From a virus (Duplodnaviria; Caudoviricetes), in the IMG/VR virus record IMGVR_UViG_3300016665_000157, positions 1 through 41,095 of that record: a DNA stretch of 41,095 nt; one strand, 5' to 3'. Of this stretch, positions 14,763 through 29,244 are shown piece by piece. The notes under the pieces were generated by a model that worked only from the letters and a program-made list of their open reading frames with translations, ran no database searches and was not told the origin of the DNA. A program made the translations under genes and the position numbers. Each line of letters opens with the position of its first letter. Position 1 is the first letter of the stretch.

Positions 14763-15807
14763 GGCTCATGAACTCAAGGTTGGCAATCAGACGAGAATTG
14801 TCCGGGGCAAATTTTAATGCCTCACGGCACAACTGGGTAGCCTCATCTTTGAGTCCAAGATTCCAGGCGCAAATACTCGCCAAATCCCAAGGCTTCTCAG
14901 TCCAAACAGAAGGATCCATTGTGTAAACCAGCGCCTTGTCTTTGATTGCAAGTGCACTTTTCGCCGCAGCATAACCCTCTGCCCACATGCTTAAACGATA
15001 GCAAATCATGGACAGTTCAACCCACGGCTCACGGGTGCCTGGTGCCTCTGCAACGGCCAGCCGCGCCCATTTGATTGCCTCCCAACTATTCCCAAGTTCA
15101 TCGTGGCACTTGGACAAAAGGCGCATGGCATAGCATCGCTCGTTCTGCCAGGTTGCCTCGGGCATTGCCAGATACTTTGTCAGCGCCTCAATGGCTTCTT
15201 GCCAGCGGCTGTAAAACGTCAATTCTCGCGCATGGTAAAAAGCGTTGCGCGGGCAATGCGGGTCTTCCTTGACCGCCAACTCAAGCAGCGGCATGTATTG
15301 TCCACGGCTCTTTGTCGGATCAGGATGATGGCTGACCAGCAACATGTCCGTGTGAGCATAGACCTCGGTGATCCTTGCATCAGCGCGGGGGTACTCATGC
15401 ACCGGGTGGTGCCAGTGATAGCCGTGCCGGTGGTGAATTTTTTCGTAGTAGAAACTGATGCCACAACCCCAGTCAAATTTGTATCGCAGACGGGTCGTGT
15501 CATCTTTCCAAAGGCGCTCAATTTCCTCGCGCCAGCCAGGCTCAAGCACTTCATCAAGGTCAAGCGAAATGCACACATCAAAGTCGCCAGGGATGAGCGC
15601 AAGAGCCGCATCACGGGCTTTGTCAAACCGCCAGGGTTTGATGCAAATGTCATAGACAAATGCACCAGCTTCATGTGCCAGTTTGGCTGTCTTGTCTGTT
15701 GAGCCAGTGTCAGCAATCAAAATCAGATCGGCATCTTTTGCGGACTCACAAAAGCGTTGCACAAACTGTTGCTCATTCTTGCTGATTGCATAGACTGCAA
15801 TTTTCAT
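14749..15807 (-). CDS. GT2 family glycosyltransferase with C-terminal TPR repeats
   Basis: KNE....RF..S, DTGSTDKT, F..AR..AL, SLDLDE (DxD), VHE, TPR-like helices; ATG 15807. Confidence 0.9.
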   Translation of the reverse strand: MKIAVYAISKNEQQFVQRFCESAKDADLILIADTGSTDKTAKLAHEAGAFVYDICIKPWRFDKARDAALALIPGDFDVCISLDLDEVLEPGWREEIERLWKDDTTRLRYKFDWGCGISFYYEKIHHRHGYHWHHPVHEYPRADARITEVYAHTDMLLVSHHPDPTKSRGQYMPLLELAVKEDPHCPRNAFYHARELTFYSRWQEAIEALTKYLAMPEATWQNERCYAMRLLSKCHDELGNSWEAIKWARLAVAEAPGTREPWVELSMICYRLSMWAEGYAAAKSALAIKDKALVYTMDPSVWTEKPWDLASICAWNLGLKDEATQLCREALKFAPDNSRLIANLEFMSHGTE

Positions 15808-15823
15808 GTCTTGTCCTGTTTTT

Positions 15824-16321
15824 TTAAATATTGGTGGGTTCACTTACGCTGTCGCTGACAACGAACGGATCGGGGTCGATGTAGCCAGGCTCCTTGGGCC
15901 AGACCACTTCCCACGGGAAGCCTGCCTGCTGGGTCACATCGCGCAGTTCCTGACGATACACGGCCCAGACAGCGCTGTCCACAGGGGCATCAGGCAACTG
16001 AGTCCAGTCGCACTGGTAAAGCAGCACGTCACGCTGTTTGCGTACCTCTGCCGCCTGCGCCTCAGTGCGCTGCTGGAGTTCTTCGGGGGTCAGCGGCTCG
16101 GCCTTGACTGTGTAGACCATGCCGTCTTGGATGTACGGCGTGGTTGCCACTAGCTTCTCGGTCGCTTGGTCATACGGAACCCATACCGACACCGGCATGA
16201 GGTCGTTTTCCTGCATGAACGACGGGTTGGGGCCGCTGGGCGCAAAGCTCGTGTCCGGGAACATCGCCGTGTAGTCCGCGATGTCGAGCACTTGTCCATC
16301 TACTACTTTTGCAACAAGCAT
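15824..16321 (-). CDS. Tail fibre assembly chaperone
   Basis: VRKQRDVLL..CDWTQLPDAP....WAVYRQELRDV.QQAGFPWEV.WP..P. Confidence 0.85.
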   Translation of the reverse strand: MLVAKVVDGQVLDIADYTAMFPDTSFAPSGPNPSFMQENDLMPVSVWVPYDQATEKLVATTPYIQDGMVYTVKAEPLTPEELQQRTEAQAAEVRKQRDVLLYQCDWTQLPDAPVDSAVWAVYRQELRDVTQQAGFPWEVVWPKEPGYIDPDPFVVSDSVSEPTNI

Positions 16322-16330
16322 GGTGTGTCC

Positions 16331-20627
<4,297 letters not shown>

Positions 20628-20628
20628 A

Positions 20629-20685
20629 ACAGTTCCCTGTTCTCAGGTGGTGACGTTTCCCCACTCACTGCGGGGCACGAACTGT
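20629..20685 (-). promoter_or_regulatory. Putative structured 5' leader RNA of the fibre operon
   Basis: ACAGUUC/GAACUGU closing stem enclosing two hairpins, ending 1 nt before the ATG; TAGAAT -10 upstream. Confidence 0.55.
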
Positions 20686-20709
20686 CTTATGTTGTGTTTT
20701 TATTCTACA

Positions 20710-21315
20710 TCAAGCAGTGCGTTTCCACATATAGACAACGATGTAGGGCGGCAGGTTGGCATTGGTGCCAGACGAACCAGTTGTGCTGATATTGGTTGTG
20801 TGGTCGTGACCAGGGTCAGTAATCGTAACAATACCGCCTGTAGCAGCATACCCTGACGCCAATGTACGTTGTGAATGACGAGTTTCGCTGCCGTTGCCAG
20901 AACCAATTGGGGTCGTGGCAGTGATGCCGGTTTGGTTGCCAAGAGTGGATGCAGTATGGCTGTGGCTGACAACAATTGCATCTTTGGAACCGCCTGTACC
21001 TTCTGCGGTATTGAAAGAAGGATCGCCAGCGTTGTAGCTGACCGGCACTCGACCAGCGCCAAACGCGACCCAGGTGCCAAAGCCAAGCAATGTTGCCGGG
21101 TTGGTGCTACTGGTCGCATTGATGTAGATAGAGCCTACCGGGTACATCAGCTTGCCAATTTCAGCCTGAAGGGCAGACGCTGCACCAGCCGCAGTTGTTG
21201 CGCCAGTGCCGCCATTGGCAATTGGAACAGCATTCACCAGACCATCGGATGCGTCAAGGCGCCCAGATGAGTCAAGGTTGTTGGCAAGCTGGGAAAGATT
21301 GTATGCTTGTGTCAT
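20710..21315 (-). CDS. Tail/baseplate structural protein (T4 gp10 C-terminal-like short fibre)
   Basis: YPVGSIYINA...NPATLLGFGTW.AFGAGRV.V, HSH/HDH motifs, NLPPYIVVYMWKRTA. Confidence 0.8.
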   Translation of the reverse strand: MTQAYNLSQLANNLDSSGRLDASDGLVNAVPIANGGTGATTAAGAASALQAEIGKLMYPVGSIYINATSSTNPATLLGFGTWVAFGAGRVPVSYNAGDPSFNTAEGTGGSKDAIVVSHSHTASTLGNQTGITATTPIGSGNGSETRHSQRTLASGYAATGGIVTITDPGHDHTTNISTTGSSGTNANLPPYIVVYMWKRTA

Positions 21316-21324
21316 GGCTTTTCC

Positions 21325-24300
21325 TTATGCCGCGCCGTCACGGGCATATGTTTGGTTGTTGAGCAGAGTGTAATTGTTGTTGATGGCACTCGTCAAAGTG
21401 TACCCAGCACTATTGGCCGTGTAGTCATACGACGAACCTTTTGCAAGCAATGCTCCATTGGCATAGAGCGAGAACGCAAGCGGATTGTTGGCAAACGAAT
21501 ATGACAATGCGCCATTGACCGAGTAAGCAACAGTGTTAGTAATGTTGCTACATGGCACGCCATAGTTGTTTTCGGCAAACTGAATGAAGATGAATTTGCC
21601 CGTCAACGCAGATGGGAATCCGGTGATTTCAGTACCGGACACATCGTAGTCAACTTCGCTAAAAGCAGTTCCGTTGGCAAACAGCATTTCAAACCCGTTC
21701 GCTACAGAAAAAGCAGTTGGCGTAATTGTTGTCGCGCCAGTCACATCAATTTCTGCGCGGCTGAATGGCGCATATGCGGAACCAGCAGCACGATAACGAT
21801 ACAAGCTATTGCCAGCAGTCACGCCAGAAATGGTTGTGGTGAATGTAATCGTCTTGGTTGACGAATTCACCGTGCTAACCGTGTATTGTGTTGGCGTACC
21901 ACTATTTGTGAATGTGATCTTGTCACCAGCATTGACCAACTGATATGGCATTTGATTGACCACAACAGAACTAGCCCCGACAGTCACCACTTCCGAGCGC
22001 AAGTTCTCGTAGTACGCATCTGTGCTGACTGCGCGGAAATTCAACACAACAACAATCTCGCCAGCAGTACATGCATTGTTCATGACCACCGTTGAGGCTG
22101 TTTCTGTGTAGTCATCAGTGGACAGCAACACGCCATCACGGAACACCAGCACATTGCCGACAGTGTGAGTCACCGAAAAAGACGTTTGTCCTCCGGTAGC
22201 AGAGAACACCGATTCGGTGAAATAGAAGCCATCTGGCTGCGTGTAGCCAACCACGCGCCCATAAACGTCAATTGTCAGCGTTGATACGTTAACCGTCTTG
22301 CTGTAAACACCAGCGCCAAAATTGAGGAACTTTTCCAACGACACAACCATGGAGCCATTTGTGTTGTTGGTCACACTCAACAAGCCATCAGCACTGCTGA
22401 CAGATGTCGTGCCAATCTTGGTCAACTGACCTGTGCGCTGGTCAAGGTCAATGATGTTATTGCCTGTCTCCAATGCTGACCAAATAGATGTGTCAAACTT
22501 GGCCGTATCTGTTGGAACAAATGTGGCACTCACGCCAGCATATGCCGCCCCACCAACATCAAAACTGAATCGTCGGCTGGTTCGATTGCAGAACAATACA
22601 AAGTCTGACGAACCAAATGTCAGGCCAGCCGGGAGCCATGTGTACAACGATGGATCAGTGACAGGATTCGCTGATGTTGTATTGCAAACACCATAATATG
22701 TTTTGCCAGAAGATGTAAGGCTGAATCCTGCGCCAGAAGAACTAGTTGCATATGCCACCGACAAATACCGATTTTGAAATTGGATTGTGGTTGGAGTCCA
22801 ATTCAAAACAGTGGATGGCGCAGAGAACTGACTGCTTGCCAACCCATTAACCAACTTGGTGAAGAAATACCAACTACCAGGCGGCGGCGAGAAAGTCACG
22901 GTGGGCAGCGTCTGGCCGGTTGTATAGGGCGTTCCGTTGCTAGGCGTAGCCGTCACCCCTCCAAAGTACAACTGACTTGCTGTGGGGCTGCTAAAGGCCG
23001 AATACCACACCTCGGCATACAACACAAAGTTAGCCGCACCCATGTAAGGCTGGATTGTGATTGTCGGTGTCGGGATGCTGGGATACTGAGCAATCACCAC
23101 AGGGGCAGGAACCGGGCCAAAATAGCTTGGGTCGGGCAAATTGCTGTTGCCTGCCGCCGTGTACTTGGTAATGTCTTGATCGTCATAGACCTGGGAGTTG
23201 TATTCGTTCAACTCAAAGGACGCGCCAAGAGTGCCGTCAGGCATACAGAACTCAGTGACACGCATGACACGGAATGGCTTTGCATCCCAGCCATAGTTGG
23301 AGTTGGTCACGGACACCACATCGCCAGCTTCAACTTGAATGCCAGGGTAAGCAGACTTAAAGCTGACAATCAAATCCTCGCGGGCTTGCTCAAGCAAACG
23401 ATTGGCAAGGTATTGTGCTTGCACACTGTCATTGACCAACGAAAAAGACAAACTTGTTTTATTGGTCGGCTCGTTTGCGTACAACAATCCAGATGGTGTT
23501 TCGGAATACACATAATTGGATTTGTCGCGGTTGGTGCCATCAGGGAATTCAGCTTCAATCTGATTGATGCTGCTAGTGATGTCAAAAGCACTGACGCGAA
23601 TCTCGCCAATAATGACATCATCAGTAAACGCATACGCAACTGTTTCTGGCCTGTTAGCAATGACACTCCATTTGCCATTGACTTCATCGTACTGATTCCA
23701 AGAATCGCACGCAGTCATGATCTGATTGATGTTGTTCAAGCAACTTTGACCCGTATCAATTACGCCATTGATGCGATAACGTGGCTGCGTGTATGTGGTG
23801 CCGTTGAATTGGTAGGAAATGGTTTCGTTGGAGTATGTGTTCAGCGCAGTTGCAGATGCTGAATCAACCAACGATGTGTCCATCGCGCAACCATAAACTT
23901 GATTGGTCAAGTAGTCATACCAAACATCACCAGGCAATGCAACAGTTTGACCATTGAGCGCATGTTTGACCTTGTACGTAATGTTTTGAATGCCAGTTGC
24001 ATCATCTTCACGGCTATAAATTAGCTTGATGATGACAAAAGCCAAACCATTCATTTGCCGTCCACTGGCAGGCCAACGCAAACTAGCATCAATGTCCACG
24101 CCACCCATCACGCTGCTAGGCAAACCAGCGCCATTTGCGCTAGTAATAACACCCGCTTCTGTGGAGGTGTAAAAGTACATGAACAGATTGCCATCAATCT
24201 TTGTGTCCACATTCCCAGAACCGTCTGTCAAGCTGACCACACGAGTTTGGTCAGTGCCATCAAACGTCATTTTGCGATCGCCCCAATACATATCAGTGCG

Positions 24301-24609
24301 ATCAAAGGTAAATTGACCGTTGGGGCTGATGTGCGAAATCGTCATGACATAGTACAAAGTCTGATTGTCTGTAGTCATGACGGCATCAACAAACTGACCT
24401 CCCGTGTAGGCAGTGCCATACACAACAGGAATGCTGTTGGTTGAAGAAGGTGGAATTTGTTGACGGACGCCGTTATCTGTTTTCTGCGATTTGCTCGGGG
24501 CGAATGTGCTAGTAATAATTGCCGAAACAACATAGTTAACAGCAAATGCTGTCGCGTAATATGTAAACCCTGTAAGAGCTAATTGTGTCGCAATTAGTGT
24601 TCCGACCAT
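21325..24609 (-). CDS. Tail tip / central fibre (host specificity J-like) protein
   Basis: 1094 aa; IPVVYG N-terminal motif, RYRINGVIDT, GDVV.VT....GW..K.FRV; position after tape measure. Confidence 0.85.
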   Translation of the reverse strand: MVGTLIATQLALTGFTYYATAFAVNYVVSAIITSTFAPSKSQKTDNGVRQQIPPSSTNSIPVVYGTAYTGGQFVDAVMTTDNQTLYYVMTISHISPNGQFTFDRTDMYWGDRKMTFDGTDQTRVVSLTDGSGNVDTKIDGNLFMYFYTSTEAGVITSANGAGLPSSVMGGVDIDASLRWPASGRQMNGLAFVIIKLIYSREDDATGIQNITYKVKHALNGQTVALPGDVWYDYLTNQVYGCAMDTSLVDSASATALNTYSNETISYQFNGTTYTQPRYRINGVIDTGQSCLNNINQIMTACDSWNQYDEVNGKWSVIANRPETVAYAFTDDVIIGEIRVSAFDITSSINQIEAEFPDGTNRDKSNYVYSETPSGLLYANEPTNKTSLSFSLVNDSVQAQYLANRLLEQAREDLIVSFKSAYPGIQVEAGDVVSVTNSNYGWDAKPFRVMRVTEFCMPDGTLGASFELNEYNSQVYDDQDITKYTAAGNSNLPDPSYFGPVPAPVVIAQYPSIPTPTITIQPYMGAANFVLYAEVWYSAFSSPTASQLYFGGVTATPSNGTPYTTGQTLPTVTFSPPPGSWYFFTKLVNGLASSQFSAPSTVLNWTPTTIQFQNRYLSVAYATSSSGAGFSLTSSGKTYYGVCNTTSANPVTDPSLYTWLPAGLTFGSSDFVLFCNRTSRRFSFDVGGAAYAGVSATFVPTDTAKFDTSIWSALETGNNIIDLDQRTGQLTKIGTTSVSSADGLLSVTNNTNGSMVVSLEKFLNFGAGVYSKTVNVSTLTIDVYGRVVGYTQPDGFYFTESVFSATGGQTSFSVTHTVGNVLVFRDGVLLSTDDYTETASTVVMNNACTAGEIVVVLNFRAVSTDAYYENLRSEVVTVGASSVVVNQMPYQLVNAGDKITFTNSGTPTQYTVSTVNSSTKTITFTTTISGVTAGNSLYRYRAAGSAYAPFSRAEIDVTGATTITPTAFSVANGFEMLFANGTAFSEVDYDVSGTEITGFPSALTGKFIFIQFAENNYGVPCSNITNTVAYSVNGALSYSFANNPLAFSLYANGALLAKGSSYDYTANSAGYTLTSAINNNYTLLNNQTYARDGAA

Positions 24610-24611
24610 TT

Positions 24612-25058
24612 TTATTCCTTCACAAATGTCACCGACACAGGCTTGTAGCCGCGCTTTCGGTAGTCAATCAATGGGCCAGTGGACGATGTGGAGGTGGCAA
24701 TCATTTGGATGTCACCACGAGCCAGCATCTCACTGCCAATCCTGTCAAATTCTTTCCACAACCGCCCACCAATTGTGCCATTTCTATACTCTGGCTCAAC
24801 CCACCAAAGAAGTTCATGCAACTCCTGAACTTTGGGCGACCAAATGTTGCCTTGTCTGATGGCAATCAATGCGCCGTGCATGTGCTTGTCAATTAGGATA
24901 AAGCCACGGCCAGCAATGATGCCAAACAAAAGTTCTTCCACAAATCGAGGGAAGTGATTTGTTTCTTGGCCCAACGTCTTGATTGGATTTTCAAACGCAT
25001 ACGCTTGAACAATCTCAAGCAATCTTGGAATGTCGTATCTTGTTGCAAGGCGAATCAA
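24612..25058 (-). CDS. GNAT-fold acetyltransferase-like protein in the tail module
   Basis: MIRLAT..DIP, WWVEPEYRNGTIG.RL (GNAT motif A). Confidence 0.7.
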   Translation of the reverse strand: MIRLATRYDIPRLLEIVQAYAFENPIKTLGQETNHFPRFVEELLFGIIAGRGFILIDKHMHGALIAIRQGNIWSPKVQELHELLWWVEPEYRNGTIGGRLWKEFDRIGSEMLARGDIQMIATSTSSTGPLIDYRKRGYKPVSVTFVKE

Positions 25059-25702
25059 TCGTTTGCTCCTGCTGAAACATTGTCTTGTGAAGGGGCATCA
25101 GTTACTGCTTGGCTTCCCTTGGGCGGCGGCGCTCCAAAATCAAAGTAAGCATTGGCAATCACCGGAACGCGAGACATGCTCAGGTCGCCTGGGTAATATG
25201 CCTGCCAAATTTTCGGGGTTGTTCGCACGCCACCAGTTCGGTTCTCAAGAATTGTGCGAAACGATGAACACGACAATCCAACCGTAGCAACGCGAGTGCG
25301 GGCCTGCTCATTCCAATCTTCAGTGATGGAATAGTTGGAAACAATGCCGGTGTAACGTTTAAAGAATTGCTGTGTCGGGGTGGTGATGATCTGATTGTTG
25401 CCATCCAGAAACCCGCGCCACACCTCAATTCTTGAGCCTTTGATGTTGGCGGCAAGAACCAAAGAAATGCTTGTACCATCAACACCAGTCAATGACACAG
25501 ACAGGTCAGTGCTAGTGGCTTTGAGGTCGCGCTTAACCTCGGAAATGTTGAGCAGACTGCCAAGATTGGTGTAATCAACACCATTGACCGTGATAGGGCT
25601 TGCAGCGTTGCAAAACGTGTATGTCGCAGTTGATGTGGTCAACCGGACAAATTCAGCGTGATTGATTGAATTGCTGCTCAACGCAGCCATTGTCGTACTC
25701 AT
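25055..25702 (-). CDS. Minor tail protein (tail tip/hub, gpL-like position)
   Basis: Start MSTTMAAL at 25702 (ATGA); Y..LG.LL.IS.V, KGSRIEVWRGF. Confidence 0.75.
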   Translation of the reverse strand: MSTTMAALSSNSINHAEFVRLTTSTATYTFCNAASPITVNGVDYTNLGSLLNISEVKRDLKATSTDLSVSLTGVDGTSISLVLAANIKGSRIEVWRGFLDGNNQIITTPTQQFFKRYTGIVSNYSITEDWNEQARTRVATVGLSCSSFRTILENRTGGVRTTPKIWQAYYPGDLSMSRVPVIANAYFDFGAPPPKGSQAVTDAPSQDNVSAGAND

Positions 25703-26337
25703 GTGATGTCCTCTCGAAACACAAACGGGCCGTCCCACTGAACGAATGCGCCGCCAGGTGCAGGCACAAGTGTATATGTTGGGCAGGCTTCTGCCAACAC
25801 ATTGAATGTGCAATCCACACCGCAAGCCACGGCAGTTCCTGCAATCGGCGTGCCAATGATGGGACGATGGATAGACACCGTAGCGGTTGCACCTGTGTAG
25901 GCAACGTTTGCCGTGATTTTGTAGGTGTAGCCGTTGATGCAAATGAAGTCGCCAGCCTTGAAAATGTCGCCAGTAGCCGTGGGAATGCCAGTCAAAGACA
26001 ATGTTTGCGAGTTGGCCGCAGGTTGAGCCGCCAACGTGATGCCGGTCGGCGTAGACGCAGCACCACCCTGGTAAGCAATGAACCAAGACAAATTGCTGTT
26101 GTTGAAATTGATGACCTCGGGGTTTTGCCGATCAAGGTTGTCAATTGTCTGGATGATGTCGCGGCTGGTTTGGTAGGGCAGATATGCATGAGGCGTGACG
26201 CTAAACACCCAGGGCACTGCGGTGAGGTATTGCGCCACACGAACAAAACCAGAACGGCTCACTTGCTGACCAACAACCCTGCGGTTGTTAACCATCATTG
26301 ACTGTTGAATATTGAACACAGTTTGAAAAGACATCAC
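25699..26337 (-). CDS. Distal tail protein-like
   Basis: Directly after tape measure; FKAGDFI.ING..YKIT, VQWDG.FVF.E. Confidence 0.7.
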   Translation of the reverse strand: MMSFQTVFNIQQSMMVNNRRVVGQQVSRSGFVRVAQYLTAVPWVFSVTPHAYLPYQTSRDIIQTIDNLDRQNPEVINFNNSNLSWFIAYQGGAASTPTGITLAAQPAANSQTLSLTGIPTATGDIFKAGDFICINGYTYKITANVAYTGATATVSIHRPIIGTPIAGTAVACGVDCTFNVLAEACPTYTLVPAPGGAFVQWDGPFVFREDIT

Positions 26338-28769
26338 GTTCTCCCGTAGGTGGTGGCAAGGATTTTCTCGCCATACTTGTTAGCCGCCCACACAGCGTTC
26401 GGGCTACTCATCAGGCGTTCCTCAAACGACTTGGAATCAATCGCGCTGATGTTGAAATAGTTGTTCACAGTGCTGCTACCGACATTCTCCAGAGCATTGT
26501 TGGGAATGATGGTTCCGCTTCCGTTAGGAACAAACAACTCAGGGCCACGCTCCCCAACCATGTAAGGCGTGCCATCATAGACCGGGCCACCATTTGCCCT
26601 TGGCGCAAGATATTGGTTGAACGAGGCATCAAGTGCGCCACCACCACTAGGCGATGGCCCCATACTTGGCCCAGTAAAAAAGTTGAAGGCGTAGCGCATG
26701 ATCTGCAATGCTTGAGCCTTCATTTGCATAGCAAGCATGTCACGAATAATGCTTTGTGCAAAATCTTTGAATTTAGTTTTGCCGCCCTTTACAAAGTTGT
26801 CAATGGCATTGCCCATTGCGGAATACACATTGTTAAACACTTGTTGCGACTTCAACGTTTTGTCTTGCAATTCAATGTTGAAGTTTTCAATGGCTTGCTG
26901 TTTGTCCAGTTGTGTTTTCAAGAATTCTTCGTCGGCTTGACCAACAATTTCACGCCGTTTTTGTTCGTACTTCAAAGACACTTCCGCAAGTTTTTGATCC
27001 TTTTCTTTCATGTAAATCAGGCGGTTCTGCAATTCAACCATTTCTTTTGCATTTTCAAGAGACTTGGTTTCGTTTTGTGCTGAAGTACGAATTGCTGCTC
27101 GTCGCTGATCCTCTGCGACCTCGGCAGCACTAATTTCTTCTTGCGTTCGGATGTATTCGTTGTATTCAGCAATACGATTACGATCACGGATTGCACGCAA
27201 TTTGTTTTGCGTATCAATTTCAATAGCAATAATTTGCTGGTCAGCAATCTTCTTGTTTTGTGCCGCAAACACACCGCGCTCGGCTTCATTTTTTTGAGCC
27301 ATGTCGCGCAACACATCAGCCTTGCGTTTTTCTGCATCAAGTTCAATTGCTTGTATTTCACTTGCGCCCTGCTTGGCGGCTTCAATTTTGTTGGCGGCAA
27401 CAAGTTTGTTGTACTCGTTTTGTAGCTGCACGCCTTTTGCAATGTCGCCAGCCGCAATGAAATTGTTGATGGCTTCTTTTTGACCGGCAACACTTTTTGC
27501 AGTGGCCGAACGATTTTGCAACCGCTGAATCTCCAAAATGTTTTCTTTGGAGTCCTTAAGGGTTTGCAAGATTTTGCGCCAGCCACGCGCAAAAGCAGTA
27601 TCCTCATCAGCAGCACTGCCTTTGAGTTTTTCTTCAATATCGGCAATTTGCTTATCAAGGGATGCAAGAGTTTCGCTTTGAGATGGGCCTGCAATGAGAT
27701 TCTTAAACTTGTCCCAATAGTCCGACATTGCTTTGGTGACTTTATTCCAAGCACCTTCAAGCACACCAAGGTCACGCGCTTGCTGTTGCAATTTAGTATT
27801 GAGTGCAACAGTGGCAATCTGAATAGCATCTTGCGTTTTGCCAGCACGCTCAAGAGCCGCAATTTGCTTGTATTGCTCAAGCGTAAGGAAATTCATTTCC
27901 TTGTTGAGCGATGCAGCACCAGATGCTGTGCCATTCAAACCGCCAGCCAATTTCTGCGCGGCTGTGGCAGCATCAACGCCAGCAATCTTGGAATAATTCA
28001 AGACGGCTTGCGACATAGCACTGATGGTTTTGTCAGTGTATTGGCCTGTGGCAACCAACGCCATGATGGCATCTTTGGCTTTCCCAGTGCCAACACCCAT
28101 ACGGTCGCCTAGAACCGTAGCTAGATCATTAAATTGGTCATACGACAACTTTGTGTAGTTGCCGGTCAAAGCCATTGTGTCTTTAAATTTGTCCAGTTCT
28201 TTGTCTGCTTGATATGCGGCAATAGCCACCGCGCCTAGCGCTGTAGCAAATGCGCCCATAGCCACATTGACGGGCGTCACAAACGTGCCCAGCACCCTAA
28301 ACATGTTGCCCAGGCCACCCATTGAATCCTTCAACTGACCGCCTTGCTGAATCAACGCGATCATGGGGTTTTGGCCGGATGCAATCTGCGTAAACAAATC
28401 GGTGGTCTGATAGGTCAGCGCCATCTTCTGTTGTTGCGTCATGCCATCGGTGACGTTCTTTTGCGCCTTGGCAACATCGTCATATGCTTTGGCTTGCAAA
28501 CGCAGAGCATCAATCATGCTCTTGTCGGCATTCTTGTAGCGACCAGCAGCAATCTGGCGCTCAATCAATTCAACCTTTGTCAGCGTCTTGCCGTAATCGG
28601 CAGTCTGATAAATCAGGTCTTGCAGGTCTTTAGCGGCTCGTTTTGTGGCCGATTGAGCAGACTTAGCCAAGCCATCAAATGCGGCTTCTGCTTCCGAAAT
28701 TTTGGTTTTCAGTTCCGCACTATCAACCGCGAGAACAATGCCCAATCGGGCTGCGTTTTGGCTTGCCAT
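26334..28769 (-). CDS. Tail tape measure protein
   Basis: 811 aa Ala/Gln-rich helical; Q.TD..TQIASGQNP..ALIQQGGQLKD; RANGGPV....PYMVGERGPELFVP. Confidence 0.95.
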   Translation of the reverse strand: MASQNAARLGIVLAVDSAELKTKISEAEAAFDGLAKSAQSATKRAAKDLQDLIYQTADYGKTLTKVELIERQIAAGRYKNADKSMIDALRLQAKAYDDVAKAQKNVTDGMTQQQKMALTYQTTDLFTQIASGQNPMIALIQQGGQLKDSMGGLGNMFRVLGTFVTPVNVAMGAFATALGAVAIAAYQADKELDKFKDTMALTGNYTKLSYDQFNDLATVLGDRMGVGTGKAKDAIMALVATGQYTDKTISAMSQAVLNYSKIAGVDAATAAQKLAGGLNGTASGAASLNKEMNFLTLEQYKQIAALERAGKTQDAIQIATVALNTKLQQQARDLGVLEGAWNKVTKAMSDYWDKFKNLIAGPSQSETLASLDKQIADIEEKLKGSAADEDTAFARGWRKILQTLKDSKENILEIQRLQNRSATAKSVAGQKEAINNFIAAGDIAKGVQLQNEYNKLVAANKIEAAKQGASEIQAIELDAEKRKADVLRDMAQKNEAERGVFAAQNKKIADQQIIAIEIDTQNKLRAIRDRNRIAEYNEYIRTQEEISAAEVAEDQRRAAIRTSAQNETKSLENAKEMVELQNRLIYMKEKDQKLAEVSLKYEQKRREIVGQADEEFLKTQLDKQQAIENFNIELQDKTLKSQQVFNNVYSAMGNAIDNFVKGGKTKFKDFAQSIIRDMLAMQMKAQALQIMRYAFNFFTGPSMGPSPSGGGALDASFNQYLAPRANGGPVYDGTPYMVGERGPELFVPNGSGTIIPNNALENVGSSTVNNYFNISAIDSKSFEERLMSSPNAVWAANKYGEKILATTYGRT

Positions 28770-29243
28770 TTACTTTCTCCTGCGCGAGACTTTGCCCCAG
28801 AATTCTCGCAGATAATCTTCAAAATCAGTCTTGAATAGGCTGATGACCTGATCCTTGTTTTGCTCCAATGCGCGGCGCAAAAATGGCTTGCCAGCAATCT
28901 TGGATGTGCCAAATTCCTGCGCCAATGAGACAGCAGATTTCTTGACAGACACAACCGCAATGGCAACGTCTGTTTGGCTAACAAAGGTGGATTTGTAGTC
29001 GCCAGAGGTAGGCCGTCTGGCAACGAGTTTTGCAGTGTCCCGCATGTGAAACGGGTTCTTGGCGTCACGGGGCTTGTCACCCACCGGAGCCGTAGCAATG
29101 ACCTGCTGCAACACAGGCTCCATTGCGTTTTTTGCCGCCTTTACAAGAACAGCATTTGTGGCCTTCTTGGGGTCAGACAGGTCGGCCAACTCAAGCAGCT
29201 TCGCTTCAAGTTCCTCCAACCCCTTGACCTCAATGATGACCAT
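28770..29243 (-). CDS. HK97 gp10-like tail completion protein
   Basis: V.GLEEL...L..L, AP, QEFGTSK...KPFLRRAL. Confidence 0.8.
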   Translation of the reverse strand: MVIIEVKGLEELEAKLLELADLSDPKKATNAVLVKAAKNAMEPVLQQVIATAPVGDKPRDAKNPFHMRDTAKLVARRPTSGDYKSTFVSQTDVAIAVVSVKKSAVSLAQEFGTSKIAGKPFLRRALEQNKDQVISLFKTDFEDYLREFWGKVSRRRK

Positions 29244-29244
29244 T

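Noticed and set aside
20629-20685. Hammerhead ribozyme (GAAAC, GUC and CUGAGA words present)
   Set aside because: The core needs CUGANGA and a stem III between GAAA and the cleavage triplet; order and spacing do not fit
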